DNA of 63,868 bases, counting the filler, from Chiloscyllium plagiosum (lineage: Eukaryota), in the NCBI RefSeq assembly GCF_004010195.1. It is 5 parts of one record of this genome, joined end to end, with 100 filler letters (N's around TTAATTAATTAA, not from the genome) between each part and the next. Parts side by side here need not be neighbours in the genome. Positions count along the whole stretch, not along the records: positions 1 to 29,935 come from NC_057717.1; positions 30,036 to 45,497 come from NC_057717.1; 3 more parts are not named here. One strand, given 5' to 3'. A model generated the notes under the pieces. It ran no database searches and was not told the origin of the DNA. It saw nothing but the letters and a program-made list of their open reading frames with translations. Positions 25,395 to 38,149 of the stretch are shown here, one piece after another. Both the position numbers and the translations under genes were made by a program. Position 1 is the stretch's first letter, and every line of letters begins with the position of its first letter.

Positions 25395-25820
25395 AAGAGA
25401 CAATGGGGACTCCAGATTTTGTAGAATTAAGTGTAGAGAAAGCATGATAGTGGAGAAGGCACAGTAGGTCAGGCAGCTTCCGAGGAGCAAGAGAGTCAAC
25501 GTTTCAGGCAGAGTCCTTCTTCAGAACTGCGAAGGAGTAAAGGAGCTGACAAATAAATGGGTGGTAGGGGTGAGGCTGGGGGAAAGGTTGGTGATAGGTG
25601 GGTGAAGCTATAAGGTGATAGTGAGAGGTCGGTGGGAAGTTGGAGCGGATTGGTGGAAAGGAAAATGGACAGTTAGGTTCCCACGAGAGGGCGGATCTGA
25701 GTCGCAGTGTCGCATCTGGGATCTGGGTCGTCGAGGGGAGGTTTGCTAACTAGTGAGTTCAATGTTCATGCCGTGTGTTTGTCGGCTCCCGAGGCAGAAG
25801 ATGAGGTGTTCCTGGCGACA
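25395..25820 (-). mobile_element. PLE 3' fragment (mirror of 780-1205)
   Basis: Reverse complement of 780-1205. Confidence 0.8.
25494..25528 (-). ncRNA. Minimal hammerhead motif (mirror of 1071-1105)
   Basis: agtt-CTGAAGA-agg(actctg)cct-GAAA-CGTT-gact; differs from the left-arm copy only in loop II. Confidence 0.7.
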
Positions 25821-27054
25821 TCCTGGTATATCTCTTCTGAACCTTAATAATCTCCTTCCAATATCAGAACTGCACACAGTACTGTAGAAGAGGCCTCATC
25901 AATGCCCTGCACAATCTCAGCATGACTTCTCAACTTGTAACCACAAAAGTCTGAGCAAAGAAGTAACCTTAAACACCTTGTCTATAAGTGCCACGAACTT
26001 CTGTGAATTCGATCTGCACCTGTGGGTCCCTCTTTTCTACAACACTACCCACGCACTACTATTAATTGTATAAGCTACCCCCTGCTTTTTTATTTTACCA
26101 AAATGCAATACCTCGCATTTATCCTAGTTAAACTCGAACTGCCACACCTCAGCCCAGTGAGTGATATTACTGCCCCCTCACCCTCCTGCTTCAGTTTTAA
26201 AAGACCCTCCCCTCTCAAGAAGGCCGACAAACACAGACCCTGGGTTTCCCAAAGACCAAGAGCTTGATTTGCTTTGTGCAAGTAGAGAGATGAGAGGGTA
26301 AGGAGAGGCTGGAAAGTAAACCGATGCCTTATATCACTTAATAATTTCAGGAAGGGGGAAGCCACATGTGAGAGGTTGTAAATAGTGGCCAGTGTTTTTT
26401 GGCCAGAAATTGTGCTCTTTCCTCATCTCTGGTGTTCAGTATTGATATCTATTCGAGATCTCTCATAGTGCAGAGTGTTTCTGCAAGATTTCTTGCCCTA
26501 ATATTGCAGATTACAGATAATAGCCATTTAAGCTGGAAATCATAGCCAAGCAATTAAAGAAGCTCACTGTTCATCTCGATGGCAGAACACGTGCACTCAT
26601 CATCCTATAGTTGAGGCTAAGACCTTTTATTTGTTTAACAATGAGAACTGTTGTCTGTATTTTTCAGTAATGTTAATCAGAATGTAATAAATCCATATAG
26701 AGCTGAAAACTGACACTTAAAATATGACTCAAATTCTGGGCATGGTTTCAGTCTTGTGTAGTGGGTAGCACCCCTGCCCCTGGGTCAGAGCTCTGGATTC
26801 GATTCCCTTCCATGAACTTGTGGTAGTGTCACTTTCTCTGGAATAGATGATCTCGATTCTGTTGTGGGGGTGTGTCACAGCATGTTCAAAGAAAGCTGAT
26901 GAACAAACACACAGGAATCATGTTGCAGCTTTAGGGGCTATTTTTGAGTGGTGCCCCGACCTCTGAGCTTAAAGGTTCACATCCCACAGAGATGTTTCAT
27001 TATATGTCTGCGCACGTGGATTAAAATGATTTTTGAAATGTGACTTGATGGAGT

Positions 27055-27400
27055 CCATGCAAAGACTGCACAAAATACTACATAGGACAAACAGGGAGAC
27101 AGCTAACGATCCGCATCCATGAACACCAACTAGCCACGGAACGACACGACCAGCTATCCTTAGTAGCCACACACGCAGATGACAAGCAATATGAGTTCGA
27201 CTGGGACAACACTACTATTATAGGACAAGCCAAACAGAGAACAGCCAGGGAAATCCTCGAGGCATGGCACTGATCAACAGATTCTATCAACAAACACATC
27301 AACTTGGACCCAATATACCGGCGGACAGCTGGAAGTGGCAGAGACAAACCACTATAAATGCCGGAGGAAACATCACAGAAGTGCTTCACAGGGACAGGGA
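27055..27400 (+). pseudogene. Penelope-like GIY-YIG endonuclease fragment
   Basis: Translates PCKDCTKYYIGQTGRQLTIRIHEHQLATERHDQLSLVATHADDKQYEFDWDNTTIIGQAKQRTAREILEAWH*STDSINKHINLDPIY, with an in-frame TGA at 27271. Confidence 0.92.
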
Positions 27401-27439
27401 AAGAAACGTCTGCAACATAAATTCCCAGCTCGGCGAACA

Positions 27440-29935
27440 GAACCACAACAGGTATACACAGAGCACAGACAAACCACCCTCCACCATCACGTAGTCTCCT
27501 GCCAGTAAACAGTTGTACACAGAAACACACACACACAACCCTACACCACCTAGTTGTTTCTTGCTATTGATCAGATATACACAGAAACACACACACAATC
27601 CCCCTTTACCATTCTGTCACCTGCCATTAAACAGAAATACACAGCAATGAACACACACAACCCTCGAACAACACACTGTCTCCTGCAATTCAACTGATAT
27701 ATAAATAAAACACAAATGCACACAACCATTCATCGCCACCCTGTCTCCAGCCATTAAACATGTATACACAGAAACGCATTCACAAGCCTGCATCAGGAGA
27801 CAGGAGACAGGTATTGATGCAGGTTGGTGCAGGTTGGTGTGTATGTGTTTCTGTGTACTGTTCCAACTTTCCACCGCCACCCTGCATAAACAGATATATG
27901 CAAAATCACGCACACACAACCCTTCACCTCCGCCCTATCTCCCTGCACCAATACCTGTCTCCTGTTGTTAAACAGTTATGGACAAAAACACAAGAACACA
28001 ACCTTCCACCACCACCCTGTCTCCTGCGATTAAACAGATATATGCAAAATCACGCACACAACCCTCCATCAGCACGCTGTCTCCTTCAATTAAATAGATA
28101 TACACGGAACCACACACACACACAACCCTCCACCAAACCATGGTTTCCTGCCATTAATCACATATACACTGAAACAGACAACACAACCCTCCACCACCAC
28201 GTTGTCTCCCTCTATTAAGCAGATATATACAGAAACACACACAACCGTTTACTAACACCCTGCCTGTGATCAATACACAGATATACACAGAAACACACAC
28301 AATACTCTAAACCACCTTCCTGTCTCCTGCCATGAAACAAATATAAGAGAAACACACGCACAAAACATTCCATGACCACCTTGTCTCCTGCGATTAAACA
28401 GATATACACTGAAACACAGGCACACACACGCACAAACACACACGCACACACAACTCTTGACACACAATTTGTTTCCTGCAATTAAACTGACATACACAGA
28501 AACACACACACAACCCTTCACCACTACATTGTTTCCTGTCATTAAACAGATATATACAGAAACACACACACACACAATCCTCCACGACCACCCTGGCTCC
28601 TGAAATTAATCAGATATGCACATAAACACACAGACAACCCTGCACCGTCGTCCTGCCTCCCGCCATTAAACAGGGATATGCAGAAACACATACACACCAA
28701 TCTGCACCAATACCAGTCTCCTGTTATTAAACTGATCTGGATAGAAACACAAGCACATAAACTTCCACACCATCCTGTCTCCTGCGATTAATCAGATATA
28801 CACTGAAACACACACACAACCCTCCACCACCACGTTGTCTCCCGCCACTAAGCAGATATATACAGAAACACACACACAAGCCTTCACGAATATCCTGTCA
28901 GCTGCCATTACACAGATATACACAGAAACACACACACACACGTCCACCATCACACACTCTCCGACAATTAACAGGTATAAATAGAAACACATACACATCT
29001 TGACACCATAACCCTGTCCCCTGCCATTAAACAGACACACATAAAAACGCACACACAAACCTCTACCACCACAGTGTTTCCTGCCACTAAACAGATATAC
29101 ACAGGAACGCACACACCCGCACGCACAAACCTTGACACCAAATTTGTTTCCTGTCAATAAGCAGATACACACAGAAACACGCACACAACACTCCAGGACC
29201 ATCCTGTCACCTGCAATTAAACAGATACATACAGAAATACACACACATAACTCCGGTCATTAAACAGTTATGCACAGAAACACACAATCACCACGCTGTC
29301 TCCTGCCATTAAACAGAAATTTACCCAAACACACACAAGCCTCCATCACCACCCTGTCTCCTACGATTAAACATATATGCACAGAAACACGCACACACTG
29401 TGCTCCACCACCATCCTGTCACCTGTCATTAAACAGATATGCACTGAAACGCACACACACCCAACCGTCCATCACCAACCTGTCTCCTGCAATTAAACAG
29501 ATATACACAGAAACACGCACATATTCCCTCCACCACCACCCTGTTTCCTGCCATTAAACAAATATATGCAGAAACACACACACACAACCCTCCACCATCA
29601 TGCTGTCACCTTCCATGAAACAGATATACACACTTATACACACACACCACCCTCCACTAACATCCTGCCTCCGGTCAATAAACAGATTTACACAGAAACG
29701 CACACAATACCCTAAACCACCTTCCTGTCTCCTGCCACGAAACTAATATAACAGAAATACATACACAAAACACGCCATGACCACCTTGTCTCCTGTGATT
29801 AAACAGATGTACACAGAAACACACACACACACAATCATTCAGACCACACTGTCTCCTGCCATTAAACAGATATAAACAGAAACACCCACATAAAATCCTC
29901 CACGACCATCCCGTCTCCTGCCATTACACAGATCT
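27440..29935. repeat. ~62-65-bp CA-rich minisatellite array, ~2.5 kb, running into a gap
   Basis: Consensus approximately ccaccaccctgtctcctgccattaaacagatatacacagaaacacacacacaaccct. Confidence 0.95.
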
Positions 29936-30035
29936 NNNNNNNNNNNNNNNNNNNNNNNNNNNNNNNNNNNNNNNNNNNNTTAATTAATTAANNNNNNNNN
30001 NNNNNNNNNNNNNNNNNNNNNNNNNNNNNNNNNNN
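29936..30035. other. Artificial scaffolding linker (44N-TTAATTAATTAA-44N); also at 45498-45597, 52059-52158 and 61000-61099
   Basis: Identical 100-nt construct four times, with stop codons in all six frames. Confidence 0.97.
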
Positions 30036-30210
30036 TGCACACCCTCCCCCTTAAAGATTCGGAAGACACGGTCCGAAACGTCTCGAACCCTGGCACCCGG
30101 GAGGCAACAAACCATCCTAGAACACACCCACTCAAATATCATTCACTTACCTTCCTGACCAGTTCTGCGCTCCAACCTCACTTCCGCCCAGCTCGCGCCG
30201 CTCTCTGCTG
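30036..30210 (-). mobile_element. CR1 LINE putative 5' end joined to an ORF1 esterase (SGNH-like) fragment
   Basis: The minus strand of 30118-30036 encodes RMVCCLPGARVRDVSDRVFRIFKGEGV, a typical CR1 ORF1 esterase motif. It is preceded by a GC-rich leader containing gcggaagtg. Confidence 0.8.
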
Positions 30211-30374
30211 AGAAAAGAAGCAATCAGGACAATACAAGAGTCTATTAGAAAGAATGCTTAGTCAGGGAACTTTGAGAATTAAATTAAATTGAAAGTAATG
30301 AACATGGATCAAGTCAATGCCAAATTATTAAAGGTTAATTATATTTGTGAAACCAACTGGGAAACAAATGCAGC

Positions 30375-30654
30375 GGGCGGCACGGTGGCACAGTGGTTAG
30401 CACTGCTGCCTCACAGCGCCAGAGACCCGGGTTCAATTCCCTCCTCAGGCGACTGACTGTGTGGAGTTTGCACGTTTTTTTGCAGTAAAAATTCAGCAGA
30501 TCTTGCAGCTGTGGAGACAGAGAGACTGAGACAGTGTTTCAAGTTCAGCGTGACCCTTATTTAGAACTGAAAAGAACTCCTTAATCCCTTGACAAAAGTG
30601 GTGGACTTGTTGGGCCGAAGGGCCTGTTTCCACACTGTAAGTAATCTAATCTAA
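30375..30654 (+). mobile_element. HE1-type SINE with its centre replaced by a copy of local sequence
   Basis: Head at 30375-30476 and tail at 30601-30654 match the SINE. 30489-30600 copies 31297-31408. Confidence 0.9.
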
Positions 30655-31274
30655 ATTATGGCGAAGCAATAGATGCAGTGAATTTGGATTTTCAGAAACT
30701 TTTTGATGAAGTCCCAAGTCTAGTGTTGTGAAAATGCTACTCCTTTAACAAGGTCATGCTGTCCTTTTTTTGCAAAGATGTCTTAAAAGCAGTGAATCCG
30801 AAATATCTTGGTTTGACTGCTCTAAAATAAATGCACGTACAATAAGGAGCAATCTATGCTAGTGCATTGGCGTTGTTAAATTGGCCATAGTGTTGAGGGA
30901 TACGGAGGATGGGTCCATTCGTCAGGGGTAAATGCAGGATATGTGAATGGATCTGGTTGGTTTATTCTTCAGAGAATCGTTTTGGAGTTGTTGGGCCGAA
31001 GAGCCTGTTTCCATACTGTAGCGGTTCTAATTCTAACATTCATATGGATCTTTTCCCTTCCAGTCGTGCCACTTTCAGTGTTTAAATTGAATGTGTTTCC
31101 CTCTGTTTCTCTCCATGGTCTTCATTAAGAACTCTGTAGCGTCAATGATGCTAGTCTTATGTCGTTTCAGAACCAATGAATTTCTACATCTTGTATTATT
31201 GTTCACCCCCCGGTGTATGGCACTCCATGATGGACAGGGCGTTTGAGCGGCTTGGACACACTCTTTCAAGCTGT

Positions 31275-32420
31275 TCAAAACAAGAAATTGCTGGAGAAAT
31301 TCAGCAGATCTAGCAGCTGTGGAGACAGAGAGACCGAGACAGTGTTTCAAGTTCAGCGTGACCCTTATTTAGAACTGAAAAGAACTCCTTAATCCCTTGA
31401 CAAAAGTGGACGAGGGATGATGGGAAACAGATCATGTGGAGATGCAATGCCACAAAGGAATGAGCTTTTAATTGTGATGAAAGAGAAACAGATGTAAAAT
31501 GAGTGTAAATTAAAGTGGAAATGGGAGAAATGCGTTCTCTCTATTGAGTGCAAGATAAACAAGTCACAGACAAGATCATAGAGAAACCAGGAAGCAGAAT
31601 GTATGAAAAATGGACAACAGCCATAATGGGGTCAGGCTGTGTAATTATGGAATTGAATATTAACTCCTACAGGCTTAATATACCAAAGTGTAAATTGAGG
31701 TGTTACTCAAGATTGGGTTGTGCTTTTTTGGAACATTACAGCAGCTCAGGATCGAAAAGTCAGCATGAGAACAACGTAGGTTATTGGAATTGTAAGCAAT
31801 GGGAAAGTCAAGATTATTCCTACAGAGAGAGTGGAACTCTTCCTTAAAAAAGTCTCTGTTTAGTCTCCCAAGTGTAAGGGAGACTGCAATGTGAGGAGCA
31901 ATGAAAAGAGACTGGATTGAACGAATACAAGTGGAATGCTGCTTCAACTGGAAGTTGTGATTGGGGCCCTGGATAGTGAGGAGTGAAGAGGTGAATAGGC
32001 AAGTATTGCACCTTCTGCAATTGCATGCGAAGGTGCCATGGGAGGAGTGGGGAAGTGTTCATTGTGATTGGGGGTGTCACAGAAGGAATGGTCCCCATGT
32101 AATGCTGACAGTGGACAGGAGGGAAAGATGTGTTTGATGGTGTAACCTTTCTGGAGGTGGTGGAAGTGGCAGAGGATGTTTCCATGAATGTGGATTCTAG
32201 TGCAGTAGGAAGTGATGACAAGGGGAGATATATCATTGTTCTGGGAAGGAGGGGACTGAGTGAGGGTGACACTCTGGGCAATCGCACAGTGACAGCTGAA
32301 GGCCCTATCCACCGGAGTGAGGGAATTTCTGGTTTAAAGGAAAAGGAGATCACGTCAGTGGCAGTTCTCTGGAATGTAACATCATCAAACAGAAACAACA
32401 GAGATGGAGAAATTGGGAGA
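31275..32420 (-). mobile_element. Degraded Penelope-like element 3' part
   Basis: Frameshifted KQHSTC...CSSHCSLPYTWETKQRL resembles PLE KQ.FTC..CS.CGLLYIGETKRRL. A terminal repeat lies at ~31275-31380. Confidence 0.75.
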
Positions 32421-33439
32421 AAAGAGTCAGCCTCCTCTGATCGTGTATTCAACCACATGCAGAAGTTCCTCCTGAATGATTGAAAAGAACCAAACATTTA
32501 AATTGAGGATTTCTGTCTCACATCTGGTCTGAAGAGGGATGTGGAAATAGACTCAGAGGAAGGTCAGTGGACATACAGGAGCAGACATTCAAGCAGATAT
32601 CTCATAAAACGCAGCAATTATTGTTTCTGTTCAAAAAGAAGGACTCGGAAGAAGATGAACCGCCCATGGTTGACAAAATCTGTCAAGGATACTAATCAAT
32701 CGCAAATTAACGAGCATTAGTGTGTGCCCAGATTTAGGGTGTATATTTCAGGGACCATGAGCAGAAGCTGGGCATGAATTTCAGCTGTTCTTCCTGAATT
32801 ACCCACAGAAACCCCAGCCATTACTGCTCCGTCCTCCTCCAGGTTGTCCCTCTCAAATTACGGAGTACATTCTCTCACATTATGGTTCCTATCTGAGGCT
32901 TTTTGATCAGGTCTACCTTCCCTGCACTAGCAAAAAGCTGTGTTTTGTGCTGCCACTTTGCCTCTGGTGTCAGTGTGACTCGGCCTCTCCATTCATGTTG
33001 TTTTACACCTCCCACTCACATCTCATTCCGGAAAGTTTCCTTCTTGGAGTAAACCTTATTGAAATCACCTCCACACATCCCCCCACCTTTGCACTGAATT
33101 CACACTGTGATCCAAATTTCAAAAAGTATACTCAGCCTTCATTTCACTCTGCTAAAGGCAACTGCATGCTTACCGTGTGGTATAAGAATTCCCTTTCTTA
33201 CGTGGATTTGGCCAGAGATATGCTTTCACTGTAGGGATCATCATCCTCTTTCAACAAAGGAATTCAATTGTTTAACTTTCTAATGGCACTGGTAAGGGTT
33301 TTACGCTGTCTTAGTATTGTTACTTTGAGAAAAAACAAATCATAGTATGAAGTTTTGTCTCTGTTGTTTATCTGTCATTTTTAATATTGTTTCAAATTTG
33401 CAGTGCTTACGATTAAGTGCTTATTCTTGAAGCTGGTAT

Positions 33440-35105
33440 TAGATGGAGTGGAGGAGGTTGAAAAGTGATGTTATGATGTTATAAAATCATAAGAGGCATG
33501 GATTGGATAGAGAGCCAAGGCATTCTCGCCCGGAGAGTGGGTTTGATCAAACATAGAGTACATCGCTTTAAGGTGAAAGGGAGAAGATTTAAAAGGACCA
33601 ATGGTGCAACTTTTTCACATATAGGGTGATGAGTGTATGGAATGAGCTGCAAGAGGAAGAGTGGTAGATGGAAGTACAGCTGCAACATTTAAAAGACATT
33701 TGGACAAACACATAAATGGGAAACGTTTCGAGGCATATGGGACACGTGAAAGCAGATGGGACTAGTTTAGTTAAGCATGGACAAGTTGGACCAAAGGGTC
33801 TGTTTGTGCGTGATGTGACTGTATGAATCTAGAAAGCGAGGAAAAGGGGAACAAAAAATATGATGTAAGTGAATTGGCAAGAAATATAAAAACAAGAAGC
33901 ACAAAATTTTACGAACAAGGTTTTTTGACAAACAGATACGAGTAAGGATGGACCGGTCAGCAGTAGTTCATAGTTGTTTCTTTAAAAAGTGGTTAATGAA
34001 TGGTTGATGGTACTGTGTGAAAGATTCCATAACTCTCTGGATTTCAGGGGTATTCCAGCGAAACTGGAGAACCTCCAATGTGGCGCCTGCCTTCAAGAAA
34101 GGAGCGAAACAGAAAGCAGGAAACATTAGCCTAACCATAATTACTGGGAATCTGCTAGAGTCTATTATTAAGGCAAGAATTGAAGAGCATTCAGAAAAGC
34201 TTCCCGCAGAGTCAGCATGGTTTTGTGAATGGGAAACTATATTTTGCCTGCAAAGTTATTCTGAGATGTCTGAAAATGTTACAAACGGACTTGCTAAAGG
34301 GGAACTGGTACGCATGCGGCTTACCAGAATCTTCCACAAGGTATCACAAAATAAAGATCCTTACACAAGACAGAAACTCGTAGTGTTATGGACAATATAT
34401 TAGCATGGGATGACGGGTGGTTAACTTGTAGAAATCAGAGAGTCAGGATTAATGGATCGTTATGATAAAGACATATCTACTGGGGTATCACAAATACCAG
34501 TCCGATGGCATCAGTTATTTACAGTCTATTCTGACAGCCTGACGGCGGGAGCTGAATGCAATATATATCCGAGTTTGAGGATGACACTGCGAACCAAAAG
34601 GCATGTTGTTATTTAATGAAGAAGACTCCCAACAAATGGGCAGTAAAAAGGGATTGGAGTGGTCCTGTATATGCAACATAAAGTCAGTGTAGTGATGCAG
34701 CAAGTAACTAGATTGATACAGTACGCAGGTTCCTGGGATGAAAGGGTTGTATTATTGAATACAACTAAAATGGTGAGGCGATTATTCATTGTGCTTGAAG
34801 TGAATGAGCGTGATATTACTGAAATGTAAATGATACAGAAGTTGATTGACAAGGTAGATGCTGAGAATGTGTTTCCACACCTGGGCAGAGTCTCGAACTC
34901 AGGGACAGAATAAGGGATATCGATTTCAAACTGAGATACAAAGAAATGTCTTCTTTCAGAAGGTCATTAAGTCTGAATTTCACTAACCCAGAGAGTTATG
35001 GAGCCTGGTTCACTGTTTTTACAGATGGGCTGTATTGTTTTTTGTCACATCAGCGAGTTGAGGGATATGAGGGGTTAGCAGGAAAGTAGAGTTGAGCCCT
35101 AGAGA
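33440..35105 (+). mobile_element. CR1-type LINE remnants
   Basis: WRTSNVAPAFKKGAKQKAGN and SQHGF motifs, tttgaggatgacact (FADDT-like), and LINE 3' ends at ~33830 and ~35100. Confidence 0.75.
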
Positions 35106-35119
35106 TTGAGAAAACATCA

Positions 35120-35208
35120 CCTTCATGGTGACCTTTGTCAGTGTGGGGTATTGAACCTGCACTATTGGCCTCCCTCTGCTTCACAAACCAGCGTCCAGCC
35201 AGCTGAGT
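35120..35208 (-). mobile_element. tRNA-derived SINE head, second family
   Basis: Minus strand ctcagctggctggacgctggtttgtgaagcagag...gccaatagtgcaggttcaatacc. Related copy at 63633-63730. Confidence 0.55.
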
Positions 35209-37744
35209 GGGAGCCTATGTAACTGTTTCAGACAGAAACACTCACAGACGCAGGGCAAGAGAAACTTTCATAACAAGGAAAAAGGTACAATTCAGGTAGC
35301 GGTCAAGGTACCAGATGAGGATAAAAATGTTCTCTGCTGGAAATTGTGGAAACAAGTGTTTAGATGCTATCTCGAGCTGAATGCAATAAGGTGACACAAG
35401 CAAAATAACCAGAATAATAATTGTGTTTAGATATCGACAACTATTAAATAAACGTATATTTTTGATTGATCTGTGTGAAGCATGCTTACTATTGCATGAA
35501 AATAGAAAGCTGATGGGATGTATTGGTAGAAAAGTCCGTCCCCATGGGAAATGCCCCAGGAACACATGCTTGAAGAAACCCAGGATNNNNNNNNNNNNNN
35601 NNNNNNNNNNNNNNNNNNNNNNNNNNNNNNNNNNNNNNNNNNNNNNNNNNNNNNNNNNNNNNNNNNNNNNNNNNNNNNNNNNNNNNNNNNNNNNNNNNNN
35701 NNNNNNNNNNNNNNNNNNNNNNNNNNNNNNNNNNNNNNNNNNNNNNNNNNNNNNNNNNAGAGAGAGAGGAGGGGGAGGTGTTGCCTGTAGCAATGAGAAT
35801 GTTGGAGCATGAGCCTTGTTCGGTGGTAGGTGCTATAACAGATATACAGTGAGTGTGAGGGAGCAGAGAGAATAAGGGGACCCTTATCCTGACAGAGCGG
35901 GGAAGGTTATTGATGCCTGTCCTGTATTGCTGGGCATTTCTTCAGACCACATATACTGCACTGAGCAGGGTGGTTGAGCTCAGATCATGCTTGGTGGGTC
36001 TGGTGGTGTGGATCCCTTTGAGAAGAGAATGGTTCCTCTCTCTACTACCCCATCCACCAGGAGCTCAATGACCCTGTTAACAAACCCTAGTGTAATTGCC
36101 CCTTATGGATGGATAGAGCTCTTAAAGATGGTGGAATCAAGGGTTATGGGGATTAGGCAGGAACAAGATCCTGATTGTGGATGATCAGCCATGTTCATAA
36201 TGAATGTTGGTTCTGGCTCGAAGGGCCGAATGGCCGATTCCTGCACCTATTGTCTCCTGTCTATTATCAATTATCTTATCTGCCATGCTCGGGCTAAACT
36301 GGGCAGGGCAGCTCCGAACTGAGAAAGCTAAATTATTTGCCCACTGGCCTTTATTTTTGCCATCAGTGCCAGGGATCACGGAATATCCAGTGATTTCCGG
36401 CGATGGTGAGTACCTGCAGCCATGATGGGAGGGAGAATCTGGCTGGCATTGAATGACAGGGACACCATGCGGTGGAGTAGGTAGTTAATGAGGTGAGTTC
36501 GATAAGATAGCACCAGGAAACTAGTTGAGTCTCAGACAGACAATCTCTCTGTCACTCAACGAAAATGATACTGAGACAAATTAGTGTTAGATTCAACCCA
36601 GAGTTGAAGACTCTGCAGACCACACTCCCAGGTACAAAGCTGCAGAGCAAATCCTCATGCAAAACTCTCCATCATCTGAACTCACACCAATATTCCAATC
36701 ACCCATCATTCCTGGTCATGTTGGCTTATGTTGCCAAATGGTATCGACATGTCTACATTCAGAATTCTGAAACCTGTGAACATATCTTTTTTTGGCATTG
36801 TTTCACAAACTCCCCCTCTCTGTCTATATCCCAAACTACTTTCATTTACAGTCATACAATCCTACTGCACGGAGACAGGCCCTTCAGCCAGAACTGGTCC
36901 ATTCTGACCACAATGTCAGTCCACATTCACTCCATGTTCCTGCACTTGACCCATATCCATCTCAGCCTTTCTTATCCATGAGGTTTTTGAACAAATGCAG
37001 CGAGATTTTGTAACATCAAGAAAGGCCTCAAGAAGAAAATTGGCTGAATCTACCATCTCACCAGGGTGCTCAGTTTACAAAGAAACAGTTTGACTGCAGC
37101 TTTGAATCAAGAAGGAGGAGGAAACACTGGTGGGAGATGTGCATGGAAGGCAGTACTGCAGGGAAAACGTTGTTTATGTTATGAACAGGAAATTAGATAC
37201 CCAAGAATTTGCAGGAAAAACTCAACGGTCTGGTTGCATCTGCAGGAAGAAAGTCGAAAAGTGTGGCCCCCAAAGAGCCGGTCATGCAGAATACGAGGAG
37301 CTGGAAAGACTGTGTTTCAGTCATAAACCCTTCATCAGGAATTCACTTCAGAATTCATTGCATTTGTAGTTGTCACTTTTTCTCAATCCTTTGTCGGAAG
37401 AGAGAAGAGTCATTTTTTTCAAATCTGGGGAGTCTTCATCAGAACAGTACTGTTTACCGATCTCCAGTGTATACAGCTCTTTGTTTTATTTTAGATCACC
37501 AATTCTCTTGCATGCTGCAGTATTAATGGAACACTTGATCTGGAAAGGACGGGAAAGGGTGAGGGCAGATGTGCAGACAATGTGTCAGTCACAACTTAAA
37601 GCCCTGTCCATTAGAATGTGAATCCTGAGATGAACGTAAAGGAGGGCTTGTCAGAGGCACCACGCTGGAATTCGACATCATCTGAACAGATGTGACTGAT
37701 CCAGAGAAAGTAGGAGAAATCATCCACTCTCTCTGATGGTCATT

Positions 37745-38095
37745 AGGTAGCAAAGTGGCTAGCAATGCTGCCTTGTAACACCAATGACCAGGGTTCGATT
37801 CCACCCTTTGGTGACTGTGCGGTGTTTGCCATTTCTCCCTGTGTTTGTGTGGGTTTCCTTCGGGAGCTTGGTTATCCTCCCACAGTCTAAAAATGCACAG
37901 GAAAGGTTGAGTGGCCTCACTGAACTGTCCCACAGTATCCAGGGATATGCAGTTTAGGTGAATTGTTTAAGGAAATTGTAGAGTTACTGGGGTAACGTAT
38001 GGGTATGTTGGTCAGTATGTTATCTGGAGGGTCAGTGTGGACTCGATGGGCCAAATGGCCTGTTTCCACACTGCAGGGTTTCCATAGTTTCTATT
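37745..38095 (+). mobile_element. Old HE1/V-type SINE
   Basis: B box gggttcgattcc, a V-domain, and the tail gggccaaatggcctgtttccacactg. Confidence 0.85.
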
Positions 38096-38149
38096 TAGCT
38101 GTCTGTGTTAGAAACACTTCCCAGGGTCCTGCCTACATGTGCTGACCCA

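Larger units (their letters stand above)
18922..26602. repeat. Right arm of large inverted segmental duplication
   Basis: Reverse complement of 1-7193, roughly 90%+ identical by eye. Carries arm-specific insertions (SINE 21592, block 22053-22843, LINE piece 24840) and small deletions. Confidence 0.95.

Noticed and set aside
27386..29557. Many Cys/Val- or His/Thr-rich ORFs (CVCVSVYIC...)
   Set aside because: Translations of a CA-rich minisatellite, with frequent frameshifts.
29980..29991. TTAATTAATTAA palindrome repeated four times in the window
   Set aside because: Always centred in 44N+44N, so it is an artificial scaffolding linker.
31844..32497. 217-aa ORF on the minus strand
   Set aside because: Off-frame read-through of a degraded PLE; no coherent domain.
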